Assembly: GCA_963755915.1 (NCBI GenBank)
Contig: CAVWLP010000002.1
Location: 4,032,001 to 4,096,000 of the forward strand
Length of the DNA: 64,000 nucleotides
Direction: 5' to 3'
Origin: an uncultured Phycisphaerales bacterium
Lineage (GTDB): Bacteria; Planctomycetota; Phycisphaerae; Tepidisphaerales; Tepidisphaeraceae
Within the stretch, counting starts at the first letter, position 1, and every line of letters begins with the position of its first letter. Below, piece after piece: positions 42,476-54,742 of this stretch. A program made the translations under genes and the position numbers. Below the pieces are notes generated by a model, which had not been told where the DNA came from, searched no databases, and was given only the letters and a program-made list of their open reading frames with translations.

Positions 42476-45242
42476 ATGTCCGAACCTTCCATCCGTCAGA
42501 TCGCTTTGCTGGAATCGGATTGGAAGTTCCATCTCGGCGACGTGGCGAATCCCGTCGCCAATAACCACATCTCGGCATACATGGCAAACAAGGCCGGGTG
42601 GGCCGGCGGCGCCGCCAGGCCCGATTTTGACGATTCGGATTGGCCCTCGGTGGCTTTACCGCACGACTGGTCGGTGGAAGGGCGGTTCGACCCGCAAAAC
42701 CATGTCGACAATGGATTTCTGCCGCGCGGGATCGCCTGGTATCGCAGGTATTTTCGCCTTGAGCCTTCCGATCGGGGAAGATATCTCGCCCTGCAATTCG
42801 ACGGCGTGGCGACGCACTGCACTGTCGCGGTCAACGGGCATGTGCTGCATCGCAATTTCTGCGGCTACACCCCGTTCACGGTCGACTTCACCGATGTCGC
42901 CAACTTCGGCGAGGAATTAAACGTCGTCGCCGTCAGGGTCGACGCCAACGCAATCGAGGGATGGTGGTACGAAGGAGCGGGAATTTATCGCGATGTGCGC
43001 CTGATCAAAACGTCGCGGCTTCACATCGACACGTTTGGCATTTTCGTTTGCCCGCGCAGAATCGCCGGCGACCGATGGGCTACCAATATCGAAACCACGC
43101 TGGTTAATGCTTCCGATGTCCAGACGAATTGCAAGGTGATCTGGACGATCGAGGACTCGGATGGGAAAACCATCGCCCGACGCGGCGAAGAGGCCACGCT
43201 CGCGCCGCGCACCTCGCGGACGGTGGCCGCGGAGATTGAAATCAACAACCCGCGGCTTTGGTCCCTTGAAACACCGCATCTTTATGTTTTGAAAACCCTG
43301 GTAACGGAAGATGGACGCGACGCGGACGACGACGAGGTCCATTTCGGATATCGCACCATTCGATTCGATCCCGATCTCGGCTTCTTTCTCAATGATGCGC
43401 CGGTGAAACTCGTAGGAACGTGCAACCATCAGGACCACGCCGGCGTCGGAGTTGCCGTGCCGGATTCGATCCAGGAATTTCGAATTCGCCGGCTCCTGGA
43501 AATGGGCACCAACGCCTACCGATGCGCACAACCCGCCGTCGACCTCTCTGCTCGATGCATGCGATCGACTTGGCATGCTCGTCATGGACGAGAACCGCAA
43601 TTTCGGTAGTTCACCGGAGCACCTGAGCCAGCTTCGGACAATGGTGCGGCGCGACCGCAATCATCCATCCGTCATTTTGTGGTCGATTTGCAACGAAGAA
43701 GCGATTCAAGGGACGGCCGTCGGCGCTAACATCGCCAAGACCATGCAGCAGGAGATCCGGCAGCTCGATTCCTCCCGCCCGGTAACGGCGGCCGTAAGCG
43801 GCGGAATTCTAAACGAAAACGCCATCGCCAGCGTCGTTGAGATCATGGGAATCAACTATCAACTCCCGCAGCACGATCAGTATCACGCGAAATATCCCCA
43901 CGTTCCACTGGTCGCTTCCGAAACACATTGCGTGCTCTCCACGCGTGGGACGTATGAAACGAATCCCCACGAGTACACGTTTGCCTCCTACGACTCAGAG
44001 GTTGCCACTTGGGGCGCGACGGCCAGGAAAACTTGGGAATATGTTCTGGCCCGTCCCTTTGTCGCCGGCGCGTTTATTTGGACGGGGTTCGATTACCGCG
44101 GCGAGCCCACGCCCCACGAATGGCCCTGCGTGAATTCGCATTTCGGGATCATGGACACCTGCGGTTTCGCCAAGGACGCCTTCTTTTTTCACAAGGCGCT
44201 GTTTGCATCGCAAAGTTTCCTGCACGTTTTTCCCCACTGGAACTGGCTCGGCCGGGAAGGCAAGCCGATCAAGGTCGTGGCCTACTTAAACTGCCCCTGG
44301 GCCGAACTCTTTCTCAACGGCCAATCGCTCGGCAGGCGGCAAGTTGACCCGATGCGAACGGCAACCTGGGAAGTTCCGTATCAGCCGGGCGCGTTGACCG
44401 TCGTTGCGTCCGACTCTGAAGCTCCGGCGCAGTTTTCCACGACCGTAAAAACGACAGGACTTCCAACCATCCTCGGATTGGAAATCCATCCGACGTTCAA
44501 CGCAGCCACGATCCCGGCCAACGGGCGTTTTGCCATCCCCATAACCGTCTTTGCAACGGATGCCGAGGGAAATCGCGTTCCAACGGCGGCCAATTTTGTG
44601 ACCTTCTCTTTGAGCGGACCGGCGAAAATCCTTGGCGTGGGAAATGGCGACCCGACCTGCCATGAGCCGGACAAGGCATCGGCTCGAAGTCTATTTCGCG
44701 GCTTGGCGCAAGTTATTCTGCAAACTTCGACCACGCCCGGTGAAATCGAATTGACCGCTGCCGCCGATGGCCTGAGCCCGGCGCTCTTGCGTTTCAAATC
44801 CGCCACCGCCGACCCTGGCCTGATCGTTCCCATCGCGAAGATGCGATATTTTGTATCGAATTGGCGGATAAGCCCGATCACAATCGCGCGCCCCGACATC
44901 CGGCAGCCCGCGATGGACAAGGACGTCAACAGTTGGGATCGAATCAATCCCAGCGCCGGCCCGCAGGAGGCCTGGACCCGGGCATCTGGATACGCGATTT
45001 ATCGCACCACCTGCAAACCGCGGAAAATTCTTCAAGCGACCGGAGGCCGCGTGGTTTTTCGCGAGATCATTGGAGAGGCCGAGGCGTTCATCGATGGCGC
45101 CATGGCCGGACGAAAATCGAATGCGGCGCCGGGCGAGCTGACCATTTCTTTTCCGCCGGGAATCGAGCGTTTTGTGCTTTCGCTGATCGTTCGCGCCAGC
45201 AGCTCGCCTGCGGGCGTGACCAAGAGTGTCGAGATAATTTAG
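42476..45242 (+). CDS. GH2 beta-galactosidase-like protein (paralogue of 18153-20503); frameshift near 43530
   Basis: LPHDW, WWYEGAGIYR, GTCNHQDHAG, RNHPSVILWSICNEE, FIWTGFDYRGEP, GVGNGDP. Confidence 0.9.
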
Positions 45243-46088
45243 ATGCGATGATCCTGCCGATATTGCCGCGGCGACACCCCGCAGGCGCGGCGGAAGGCGC
45301 TGTTGAATCGGCTGATCGACCCGAAGCCCGAGCTTAACGCAACGGAAAGAATCTTTTTGTCCGTCGTCGCCAGCAGCCGCTGGGCATGGGATATGCGGTG
45401 TTGGCCCACGTAATCGGTCACGGTCGTGCAAAAGACGCGCTTGAAAAGGCTCATGGCATAGTTGGGATGCAGGCGGACCGATTGGCTGATGCGCTCAACG
45501 CTGAGCCGTTCGAGATAATGCTGGGCGATGAAGCAGGCCATCTGCTCGGCCTTGGTGAGGCGCTGCGCCCTCCAGTGCTCCATGCCGCGCGGCAGTGGCC
45601 GCTTTGTCCCGCCGTGGCAGGCTTGAAGCCAGGCGCAACAGCCTCGCTTCAAGTTCCAGCATCATCACCCGCCGCCCCGGTCCCTCGGCGCACTTCAGGT
45701 CGCCGATCCATCGCCGGAATAGCTCCGCATCGGCCGAACCATTCTCTTTCGACGCGCTCTGGAGAACCTGTCCATGAAGAATCGGCTGCACCAGACGATC
45801 GTCGAATCCGCACTGCAGAAACCACGCCAGGGGCAGCGTCGCAACGAAATAATTATGCCGCCCGGCGATATCGATGATCTGATGCGGAATCGCCGCCCAG
45901 AACACCGCCAGGCGGTGCGCCTCGATCTTCACCTTGCGGCCGCCCAGCAGGTAGGTAATCGATCCATGCTCCAGCAGGTTCAGCTCGATTTCGTTGTGGC
46001 GATCCGGCCGGCGCATCAGCGAAGGTGTCCATCGCTGGCAGGTGAGGCCGTATGGCGCGAAATCGGGCCGGCGCGGATCGAAATGCAT
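45239..46088 (-). CDS. AraC-family regulator (MelR-like); frameshift near 45580
   Basis: RHNEIELN...FWAAIPHQ cupin sensor domain. C-terminal LHPNYAMSLFK...GFGSISRFNSAF. Divergent from the isomerase operon. Confidence 0.9.
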
Positions 46089-46199
46089 CGCACCTTAGGA
46101 TACAGGCATATTTGATGCGAAAATAGGTAGAAATCACCTGAATCTACGGTAAACTCGATCGCAAATCACTCATTCGCTTTCTTTTGGCGAGGGAAAACC

Positions 46200-47614
46200 A
46201 TGGCGAAAACGTCCTCCGTCGCACTTGGCGTCATCATCGGAAACCGCGATTTCTTTCCCGATGTGCTCGTGGGAGAGGCGCGAAAGGAAATCGGCAAACT
46301 GCTTCAAGAATCGCAGATCGATGCGGTCATGCTCTCCCCGGAGCAAACGAAGCTCGGCGGGGTCGAGACCTATTCCGATGCCCGAAAGTGCGCCGATCTC
46401 TTTTCCGAAAATCGGCGTCGAATCGACGGCGTCCTGGTCGTTCTGCCCAACTTCGGCGACGAGAAGGGCGTAGCCGATACGCTGAAGCTCGCGCGCCTCA
46501 ACGTCCCGGTGCTTATCCAGGCCTATCCGGACGATCTCAACGCCCTCGGCGTTGCGCGGCGGCGCGATGCGTTTTGCGGCAAAATTTCCGTCTGCAACAA
46601 CCTCAATCAGGCCCGCATTCCCTTCACCCTTACGCAAAAGCACGTCGTTCAGCCCAGCGATCCGTCCTTCAAAAGCGACCTGGCCCAGTTCGTCGCGGTA
46701 TGCCGGGTTGTCAAAGGCCTTCGCTCAGCGCGGTTCGGCGCCGTCGGCGCGCGGCCCGGTGCGTTCAATACCGTCCGCTATAGCGAGAAAATCCTCGAGC
46801 GCTACGGCATCAGCGTCACCACCGTCGATCTCTCGGAAATTCTCGGCAAGGCCGAGAAGCTGGGGCCGGGCGACGCGCCCGTGAAAGCCAAGCTGGCCGA
46901 GATCAAGGATTATGCACCGTCGGTGGGCGTCCCCCCGGAGAAAATCGTGCAGATGGCCAAACTTGGCGTGGTTCTCGACGATTTCGTCGCCGCCAACGAC
47001 CTGGACAGCACCGCCATTCAATGCTGGACCAGCCTTCAGCAGAACTACGGCTGCAACGCCTGCACGTGTATGAGCATCATGTCGCAGAAACTCATGCCCA
47101 GCGCCTGCGAGACCGACATCACCGGCGCACTTCGATGCACGCCCTCTCGCTGGCTTCGCAACAGCCCAGCGCCCTGGTCGATTGGAACAACAATTACGGC
47201 GACGATGAGGATAAATGCGTTTTGTTTCATTGCGGCAACTGGCCGATCGGGTTCGCGCCCGACACCAAGATCGCCAACGCGCCGATCCTCGGCAGCACCC
47301 TCGGCGTTGAAAACACCTACGGCGCGATGGAAGGACGCGCGCCTGCCGGTCCGTTGACGTATGCCCGCTTCACGACCGACGATGCCAACGGCGTGATTCG
47401 CGGATACGCCGGCCAGGGCACCCTCACCAGCGACGCCCTGGAAACCTTCGGCCAGCGCGCGGTGGCCAAGATCCCCCGTCTACAATCGCTCCTGCGGCAC
47501 GTATGCCTCGAAGGATTCGAGCATCACGTCGCCGTCAACCCCTCGCATACCGCCGGCGTAATTGTGGAAGCCTGCGGGCGATATCTGGGCTGGGAAATGC
47601 ATCATCACGCCTGA
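46200..47614 (+). CDS. L-fucose/L-arabinose isomerase family protein; frameshift near 47135
   Basis: GNRDFFP, NFGDE, RRDAFCGKISVCNNL, AIQCW, SACETD, FHCGN, GFEHHVA. Confidence 0.85.
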
Positions 47615-47632
47615 TTTTCAGCGGCCATTGCC

Positions 47633-48475
47633 ATGAGCATGACTGACGCGCAACTTGCACTCAAAAGTATTTCCTACCGCCGGCGCATTCTCGAAATCAT
47701 CCGCCACGCCGGCGCCGGGCACACCGGCGGAAGCCTTTCCTGCATCGATATCCTCAGCGTTTTGTACAACCGCATCTTGCGGGTTTCTCCGCAAACATTT
47801 GGCGACGCCCAGCGCGACCGTTATATCCAGAGCAAGGGGCATTCGGTTGAGGCGTTGTATGTCGTGCTCGCCGACCGCGGATTTTTCCCCCGCGAGCAGC
47901 TCGATACGCTCTGCGCGTATCAATCGCACTTCGTCGGCCATCCGACACGCAAGGTTCCCGGGATCGAGCAAAACACCGGCGCACTCGGGCACGGTTTGCC
48001 CATCGCCGTCGGAACGGCCATCGCCGGGAAGATGGATCACGCCGCGTTCCGGGTTTTCGTCCTTCTCGGAGATGGCGAGCTTGCCGAAGGATCGAATTGG
48101 GAAGCGGCGATGGCCGCCGCCCATTATCGGCTCGATAACCTCATCGCGATCGTCGATCACAACACGCTGCAAATCACCGGCCGCACGCGCGATGTCTGCT
48201 CCAACGAACCGCTTGACGAAAAGTTCCGCGCTTTCGGGTGGACCGTAAAAACCGTCGATGGCCATTCGATTTCGCGGCTCACCGAGGCTCTGACCAGCAC
48301 GGATTCCACCGGCAAACCCCTGGTGGTGATCGCCAACACCATCAAAGGCAAGGGCGTGAGCTTCATGGAAGACGTGGCGAAATGGCACCACGGCGTGCCC
48401 ACAGATGCGGAGTTTGCGGCGGCGATCAAGGAATTGGACGCCGCCCTTGCCGCCGCGGAAAAGGCGGTCCAATGA
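47633..48475 (+). CDS. Transketolase, N-terminal (ThDP-binding) subunit
   Basis: GHTGGSLS, SKGH, GHP, TGALGHG, GDGELAEGSNWEA, TIKGKG, WHH. Confidence 0.95.
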   Translation: MSMTDAQLALKSISYRRRILEIIRHAGAGHTGGSLSCIDILSVLYNRILRVSPQTFGDAQRDRYIQSKGHSVEALYVVLADRGFFPREQLDTLCAYQSHFVGHPTRKVPGIEQNTGALGHGLPIAVGTAIAGKMDHAAFRVFVLLGDGELAEGSNWEAAMAAAHYRLDNLIAIVDHNTLQITGRTRDVCSNEPLDEKFRAFGWTVKTVDGHSISRLTEALTSTDSTGKPLVVIANTIKGKGVSFMEDVAKWHHGVPTDAEFAAAIKELDAALAAAEKAVQ

Positions 48476-49470
48476 GCGCTGCGGCCCCGTCCATGTTTAG
48501 CCCAGCCGCTGCCGCAATGGCTGCGCGATTGGGCCTGAAACTCGGCCGCCCCAATCTCGAGGAGTTCGGCGCCACGCTCCTCAAACTCGCAACCGAAAAC
48601 CCCCAGATCGTCGCCGTCACCAGCGACTCCCGCGGTTCGGGCAAGCTCGTCAATTTCGGCTCGGCGCTTCCGACCCAGTTGGTCGAACTTGGTATCGCTG
48701 AGCAGAACCTCGTCGCTGTTTCGGCCGGCCTCTCGTCGGTCGGCAAGATCGTTTTTGCCGTCTCCCCCGCTTGTTTTCTCACCGCCCGGGCCCTCGAACA
48801 AATAAAAAATGACGTCGCCTATTCAAACAACCCGGTGAAGTTGATCGGCATCAGCGCCGGCGTCAGCTACGGCGCGCTGGGATCGACCCACCATTCGCTG
48901 CACGATCTGGCCGCCCTGCGGGCCATCAACAACATCGAAATCGTCGTGCCCGCGGATAATTTCGAAGCCCGTGAGTCGATCAAAATTGCCGCCGCACATC
49001 CGCGCCCGATGTTTATCCGCTTCGGCAAGGCGTCGCTCTACGATTTAACTCAGACCCAGCAGGGCTTTGAAATCGGCAAAGCCCGGCTCATTCGGGACGG
49101 ATCCGACATCGCATTCATCGCCACCGGCGAAACCGTCATTCACGCGCTTCTGGCCGCGGGCGCTTTGGCGGATGAGGGGATCTCCTGCCGGGTCGTGAGC
49201 ATGCACACGATCAAACCGCTGGATCACCAGGCGATTCTCGACGCGGCAAACCGTTGCGCGGCCATCATCACCGTCGAAGAGCACAGCGTTTTCGGCGGCC
49301 TCGGCGAAGCCTGCGCGGCCGTGCTCCTTCAGGCGAACGCTGCCCCGCGGTTCAAAATCGTCGGAATTCCCGACGAATACACCGTCACCGGCAGCCAGGC
49401 CGACATCTTCCGCCACTATGGCATCGCCATGGAAGCATTGGCAACGCTGGCACGAAATCTCCTGCGCTGA
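48472..49470 (+). CDS. Transketolase, C-terminal subunit
   Basis: GIAEQNLV, RALEQIKND, GSTHHS, TVEEHSVFGGLG. ATGA overlap with the N-terminal subunit. Confidence 0.95.
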   Translation: MSAAAPSMFSPAAAAMAARLGLKLGRPNLEEFGATLLKLATENPQIVAVTSDSRGSGKLVNFGSALPTQLVELGIAEQNLVAVSAGLSSVGKIVFAVSPACFLTARALEQIKNDVAYSNNPVKLIGISAGVSYGALGSTHHSLHDLAALRAINNIEIVVPADNFEARESIKIAAAHPRPMFIRFGKASLYDLTQTQQGFEIGKARLIRDGSDIAFIATGETVIHALLAAGALADEGISCRVVSMHTIKPLDHQAILDAANRCAAIITVEEHSVFGGLGEACAAVLLQANAAPRFKIVGIPDEYTVTGSQADIFRHYGIAMEALATLARNLLR

Positions 49471-49479
49471 GGCAGCAAA

Positions 49480-50968
49480 ATGGCTCATCTACTGGCCATC
49501 GATCAAAGCACTTCCGCCACCAAGGCAATCCTTTACGACCCCCTCGGCAACCTGGTCGACAAGGCGTCGATCGAACACCGCCAGTTCTACCCCCAGCCGG
49601 GCTTCGTTGAGCATGACGCGGGCGAAATATGGAACAACACGCTGGCGGCGATCAATTCACTCTCCGAACGCGCCGGCGACAGTCTCCGAGATGCCTCCTG
49701 CCTGAGCATCACCAATCAGAGAGAAACCTTTGTGGTTTTCGATCGCGCCACCGGCCAGCCGTTGCATCCGGCTATCGTCTGGCAATGCCGGCGCAGTGAT
49801 GAAATCTGTGAAGAACTTCGAGGCGCCGACACCGGCGAAATTGTCCCCCGCAAAACCGGGCTCAGGATCAATTCTTACTTCTCCGCCCCCAAGCTCGCCT
49901 GGCTGATCCGCAACCGGCCCGATATCGCCGCGAAGCTGGCCGCCGGCGAAGCGCTTGTCGGGACCATCGACGCTTACCTGATTTACCGTCTGACCGCCGG
50001 CAAAACCTTCGCCACCGATCACACCAATGCAAGTCGTACCCTGCTCTATGATATTCTGGGCCTGCGCTGGGATGAAGAATTATGCGCGATCTTCGGCGTC
50101 CCGATGCGCTGCCTGCCGGAAGTGCGCGACAGCTCCGCGGAATTTGGCACAACCGACGCGCGCGGAATCCTGGGCAAACCCATTCCAATCTGCGGCGTGA
50201 TTGGCGACTCTCAGGCGTCGCTGGTGGCGCACCAATGTTTGCAGCAGGGAATGGCAAAGGTCACGCTCGGCAGCGGCGCATCGGTTCTTTTGAACATCGG
50301 ATCTTCGCATCGCGCCGCTGGCGAGGGCGCGGTTTCCACCATCGCCTGGACCCATCACGGCAAGCCGGTTTACTGCTTCGAGGGAATCATCAATTATGCC
50401 GCCGGAACGATCGCTTGGCTGAAGGACCAGTTGGGATTAATTCAAACCGCCGAGGAAACCGAAACCCTTGCGCAGCAAGTGCCCGACAACGCGGGCGTAT
50501 ATTTCATTCCCGCCTTCGCTGGGCTTGGTGCGCCCTATTGGGCCCCGCGGGTGCGGGCGGCGATTGTCGGGTTGACGTCGCATTCCAATCGCAATCACGT
50601 CGTGCGGGCGGCGGTCGAATCGATCGCCTACCAGGTCTGCGATGTCCTGGAAATGATGCAAACCCGTTCCGGCGTAAACCTGCGGACCTTGCGCGCCGAT
50701 GGCGGCGCCAGCCGCAATAAGTTCCTGATGCAGTTCATGGCCGATATCAGCGGGCTCGAGGTGGTCGCCGCGCCGATTGCCGAGTGCTCGCCCCTCGGAG
50801 CCGCGCTTCTGCGCACTCGGGATGGGACTGTTCGCCTCGATGGACGACATCTCGCGCCTCCCATTTGCTGGGCTGAAATATCAACCCTTGATGCCCAAAG
50901 GTCGGGCCGAGGCCTTTCGGCTCGGCTGGAAAAACGCCGTGAAACAGCAATTGGCTGGAATCGAATGA
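49480..50968 (+). CDS. FGGY/glycerol-kinase family carbohydrate kinase (apulose kinase candidate); frameshift near 50810
   Basis: IDQSTSATK, ITNQRET, IVWQCRR, TDHTNASRT, GDSQA, GLGAPYW, DGGAS. The true C-terminus (LGMGLF...GWKNAV) is in ORF 50777-50968. Confidence 0.9.
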
Positions 50969-53643
50969 ATTCCCATTTCCGTCCCCCTGCGCTTCGCTGT
51001 GAATACCGCGCGGAGCCTCTGGGCATCGACACGCCGGCTCCACGATTCAGTTGGCAAATCGATGCCGATTCGCATCGGCTGGGCGGGAAACAGATCGCGT
51101 ATCAAATTCTCGTCGCCTCATCGCGCGATCTTCTCGACGCAAATGTCGGCGATCTTTGGAACCCCGGCAAAGTCTGCTCGTCCCAATCGTTCAGCATCCC
51201 CTATCAGGGCCGCACCCTCTCTTCCGCCGAGCAGGCTTGGTGGAAGGTTCAAATCTGGGACGAAACCGCCGCGTCGGAATGGAGCGACCCAGCCGCCTTC
51301 ACAATGGGATTGCTAAATGCATCCGATTGGATCGCGAATTGGATCACAACCGATCCGCAAACATACGTCTCGAAATCCCTCCCCATATTTCGCAGAGAAT
51401 TCACCCTGGAAGCGATCCCGGCCCGGGCCCTGATATTCGTCTGCGGCCTGGGGCATTTCAAATTACGCATCAACGGACAAACCGCCGGCGAAAACGTCCT
51501 CGATCCCGGCTGGACGAATTATTCGAAGACGTGCTTGTACGTCACCCACGACGTAACTTCGCTCCTTCGCACCGGTTCCAATGTGCTGGGGATGATGCTC
51601 GGCAACGGGATGTTTAACGTCGTGGGGGGGCGCTACAAGAAATTCAAGGGCTCGTTCGGACCGCCAAAATTCATCCTGCAGATGCTCTTGACCTTTCCGG
51701 ACGGCACCACGCGGACAATCATCAGCGATGAATCATGGAAGTGTTCCCCAGGCCCCATCACCTTCAGTTGCATCTACGGCGGAGAGGACTCCGACGCCCG
51801 CGACAACCCAACCGGCTGGGATATGCCGAATTGTGCCGGCAACGGATGGTCGCAGGCCGCGCTCACATCCGGTCCGGGCGGCACGTTGCGATCACAAACG
51901 GCCCCTCCAGTAAGAGTCATGAAAACATTTCGTCCCGTCCGGATTTCCAGTCCCGCGGCCGATCTGGCCGTTTACGACCTGGGCCAAAACTTTTCCGGCT
52001 GGCCGCGGATTAAGACCACGGGCCAACCCGGATCGAAAATCGAACTAATCCCCGGCGAACTGCTCGACGCCTCCGGCCGCGTTTCCCAGCGCTCCTGCGG
52101 AAGCCCCATATCATTCTCTTGCACCAGCGCCGGCAAACCCCAATCGTGGCATCCCGAATTCAGCTTTACCGGCTTCAGATTTATCGAAGCCCGGGGCGAC
52201 GTGGCCGCGATCGAAGAACTCGAAGGCCAGTTCGTTCATTCATTCGCCGCCGCCGCGGGATCGTTTAGTTGTTCCAACCCGCTTTTCAACCAGATCCATG
52301 AACTGATTAACGCCGCCATTGCTAGCAACATGCAAAGCGTGCTCACCGATTGCCCTCACCGCGAAAAACTCGGCTGGCTGGAACAATCGCACCTGATGGG
52401 GCCTGCCATCATGTTCAACTACGACGTGCCCCTGCTTTACGCCAAGATATGCGCCGATATGCGCGAGGCGCAGCAGGGCGATGGGTGCGTCCCGACGATT
52501 GCCCCGGAATACACCAAATTCACCGGTCAATACGCCGATTTCAGCAATTCCCCCGAATGGGGCAGCGCCGCGGTCATCAATCCCTGGCTCACTTTTCAGC
52601 AATATGGAGACGTTCAAATTCTCCGTGACAATTTCGACATGATGCGGCGGTACGTGCAATATCTTGATCGCCGCGCACAGGACGGCATCATCGACTTTGG
52701 TCTGGGCGATTGGTACGACATCGGCCCGGGCGATCCGGGCTATTCCAAGCTCACCACCAAAGCCCTGACCGGAACCGCCTTCTACTTTTTGGATCTTCAA
52801 ATACTCGCGAAGGTGGCCCTCCTGCTGGGCGATGCCACCGAGTCCCAATTATGCGCCGAGCGCGCAAATGAGGTTCGCCGCGCGTTTCAGGCCCGGTTCT
52901 TCGACCCCCGGGCCGGCCATTACGATCGAAACAGCCAGACCGCCAACGCAATGGCCCTCGCCCTTGGTTTGGCCGACCCGGGCGATGCGCCGCGCGTTCT
53001 CGATAGCCTGATCGCCGACATTCGCGCACGCGAGAATCACATCACGGCAGGGGACATCGGATTTCGATTCGTCCTGGACGCGTTAAGCGAAGCGAATCGA
53101 TCCGACGTAATCTTCGACATCCTCTCGCGCACCGATTCCCCCAGCTACGGCGCCCAACTCCGCGCCGGCGCAACATCCCTCACCGAAGCCTGGGACGCCA
53201 ATCCCGCGAAATCGCAGAATCATTTGATGCTCGGCCATGCCGAACAATGGTTCTATCAGTCCCTGGCCGGGATTCGTCTGGACATGTCCCTGAGCGGCGC
53301 CGATCGGCTGGTAATTCGTCCGGCGATCGTCGGCGATATTTCCTGGGCCGAGGCGGATTACGACTCCATCCTCGGGCGCATCCGCTGCCGCTGGGAGCGG
53401 CGAGATCACGGTCTCGATTTGTCGGTCGAAATTCCATTCAACAGCAGCGCCACGATCTATCTGCCCGCACCGTACGGAACACGGATATTTGAATCCGGCC
53501 GTCCAATCGCCGATATGTCCAATGTTAAACTCAAAAATCTGGACCGCGAGGTCGCTATAATAATCGCTGACGCCGGCAAATATTCGTTCGAGTCGCGATG
53601 GAATGCCCACCACAGAAACATCCCCACGAACCACGCCGACTAA
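50965..53643 (+). CDS. GH78 alpha-L-rhamnosidase
   Basis: LRCEY..EPLGID.PAPRFSW, YDLGQNFSGW, TDCPHREKLGWLE, GLGDW, GATSLTEAW, SQNH.MLG. ATG 50965 overlaps the kinase stop (ATGA). Confidence 0.92.
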   Translation: MNSHFRPPALRCEYRAEPLGIDTPAPRFSWQIDADSHRLGGKQIAYQILVASSRDLLDANVGDLWNPGKVCSSQSFSIPYQGRTLSSAEQAWWKVQIWDETAASEWSDPAAFTMGLLNASDWIANWITTDPQTYVSKSLPIFRREFTLEAIPARALIFVCGLGHFKLRINGQTAGENVLDPGWTNYSKTCLYVTHDVTSLLRTGSNVLGMMLGNGMFNVVGGRYKKFKGSFGPPKFILQMLLTFPDGTTRTIISDESWKCSPGPITFSCIYGGEDSDARDNPTGWDMPNCAGNGWSQAALTSGPGGTLRSQTAPPVRVMKTFRPVRISSPAADLAVYDLGQNFSGWPRIKTTGQPGSKIELIPGELLDASGRVSQRSCGSPISFSCTSAGKPQSWHPEFSFTGFRFIEARGDVAAIEELEGQFVHSFAAAAGSFSCSNPLFNQIHELINAAIASNMQSVLTDCPHREKLGWLEQSHLMGPAIMFNYDVPLLYAKICADMREAQQGDGCVPTIAPEYTKFTGQYADFSNSPEWGSAAVINPWLTFQQYGDVQILRDNFDMMRRYVQYLDRRAQDGIIDFGLGDWYDIGPGDPGYSKLTTKALTGTAFYFLDLQILAKVALLLGDATESQLCAERANEVRRAFQARFFDPRAGHYDRNSQTANAMALALGLADPGDAPRVLDSLIADIRARENHITAGDIGFRFVLDALSEANRSDVIFDILSRTDSPSYGAQLRAGATSLTEAWDANPAKSQNHLMLGHAEQWFYQSLAGIRLDMSLSGADRLVIRPAIVGDISWAEADYDSILGRIRCRWERRDHGLDLSVEIPFNSSATIYLPAPYGTRIFESGRPIADMSNVKLKNLDREVAIIIADAGKYSFESRWNAHHRNIPTNHAD

Positions 53644-54722
53644 CCCGCCAACCCCTGAAGATCCCATTCTTCCAAAACGGACCTGACAGTGACCGGCTGA
53701 CGCCGTTGAAGGCTCCGGTCCATCGCCGTCATGAGCGCGACAGTCACAATCCCCTCCCGCAAATCGGGCGCAGGCGTCTGGTTGCTTTCGATGCATCGCG
53801 CGAAATATTCAATGTAATTCTGATACTCCCCCGCATGATGACTGCGCCCGCCGAAGCGGAAATAATAGGGCGCCCGCGTTTCAATATCATATTGCACGCA
53901 TCCTTCCCCTTTGAAATGCGTGCTGTAGCGCAGATCGTAATAATCCGCCTGGCTCGCCCCATTTTCCCCCCGAAGAATGCAGGTCATGTGGCTGTCGCGC
54001 ATATGGTTCACCGGCGGCGAGCTGTAACACCCGCTCACCCGCGCAATGTTTCCAGCCCCCGTCGTCATCACGAAGTGCATCGAATCCGCATCGCGAAGGC
54101 CGCCCACTCGTCCGTTTTCCGTCAGCATGCCATACCCCATCACCTCCGTCACATCCGGAAAATACCAGCGGACCAGGTCGACAGGATGACTCAATCCCCC
54201 GAATAGCCATTTCAGCCCACCCGTCTTCGCCCAGTCCTTCTGAAGGAACCACCGGTTGTCGGCGTGATAGTGTGCCTCGACGGAAAAAAGTTTGCCGTGC
54301 TTTCCAGCATCGAAATCGGCGCGCTGCCAGATCATCGGCTCGAAGAACCGCGAGCTCTGCCCCACGAACACCCGCCGCCCGGTTCTCTGGGCAACCTCCA
54401 GCAGCGACTTCGCCTGCTCCAGGTTATCCAGCAGCGGCTTCGTGCATATCGCGTGTTTCCCCGCCTCCAAAATCTGCTTGATGTGGCTCGCATGCAGCGG
54501 ATCGGGCGTATACACCCCGATCACGTCAATCTTCGAATCCCCCAGCATCTCCTCAAATTTCGTCGTATAGCGATCGAGCCGGAACTCGGCCGCGCGCTCC
54601 TTGCAAAGCGCCTCGTTCAAATCGCAAATCTGGGCCAGCTCCCAAAGCTGGCTGTTCAACGCCGCCGAGATAATGCTTCGGCCTTCTCCCAGTCCCAGCA
54701 CGCCAAGTCTCAGTTTCGTCAT
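53640..54722 (-). CDS. Gfo/Idh/MocA-family NAD(P)-dependent oxidoreductase
   Basis: LGVLGLGEG, YTPDPLH, GKHAICTKP, SHPVD. Confidence 0.9.
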   Translation of the reverse strand: MTKLRLGVLGLGEGRSIISAALNSQLWELAQICDLNEALCKERAAEFRLDRYTTKFEEMLGDSKIDVIGVYTPDPLHASHIKQILEAGKHAICTKPLLDNLEQAKSLLEVAQRTGRRVFVGQSSRFFEPMIWQRADFDAGKHGKLFSVEAHYHADNRWFLQKDWAKTGGLKWLFGGLSHPVDLVRWYFPDVTEVMGYGMLTENGRVGGLRDADSMHFVMTTGAGNIARVSGCYSSPPVNHMRDSHMTCILRGENGASQADYYDLRYSTHFKGEGCVQYDIETRAPYYFRFGGRSHHAGEYQNYIEYFARCIESNQTPAPDLREGIVTVALMTAMDRSLQRRQPVTVRSVLEEWDLQGLAG

Positions 54723-54742
54723 GTTAAAAATACCCGGCTAAA

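Noticed and set aside
49480-53643. Apparent 1387-aa kinase-rhamnosidase fusion
   Set aside because: The kinase C-terminus is in another frame (50777-50968) and ends in an ATGA overlap with the GH78 start at 50965. The fusion results from one indel near 50810.
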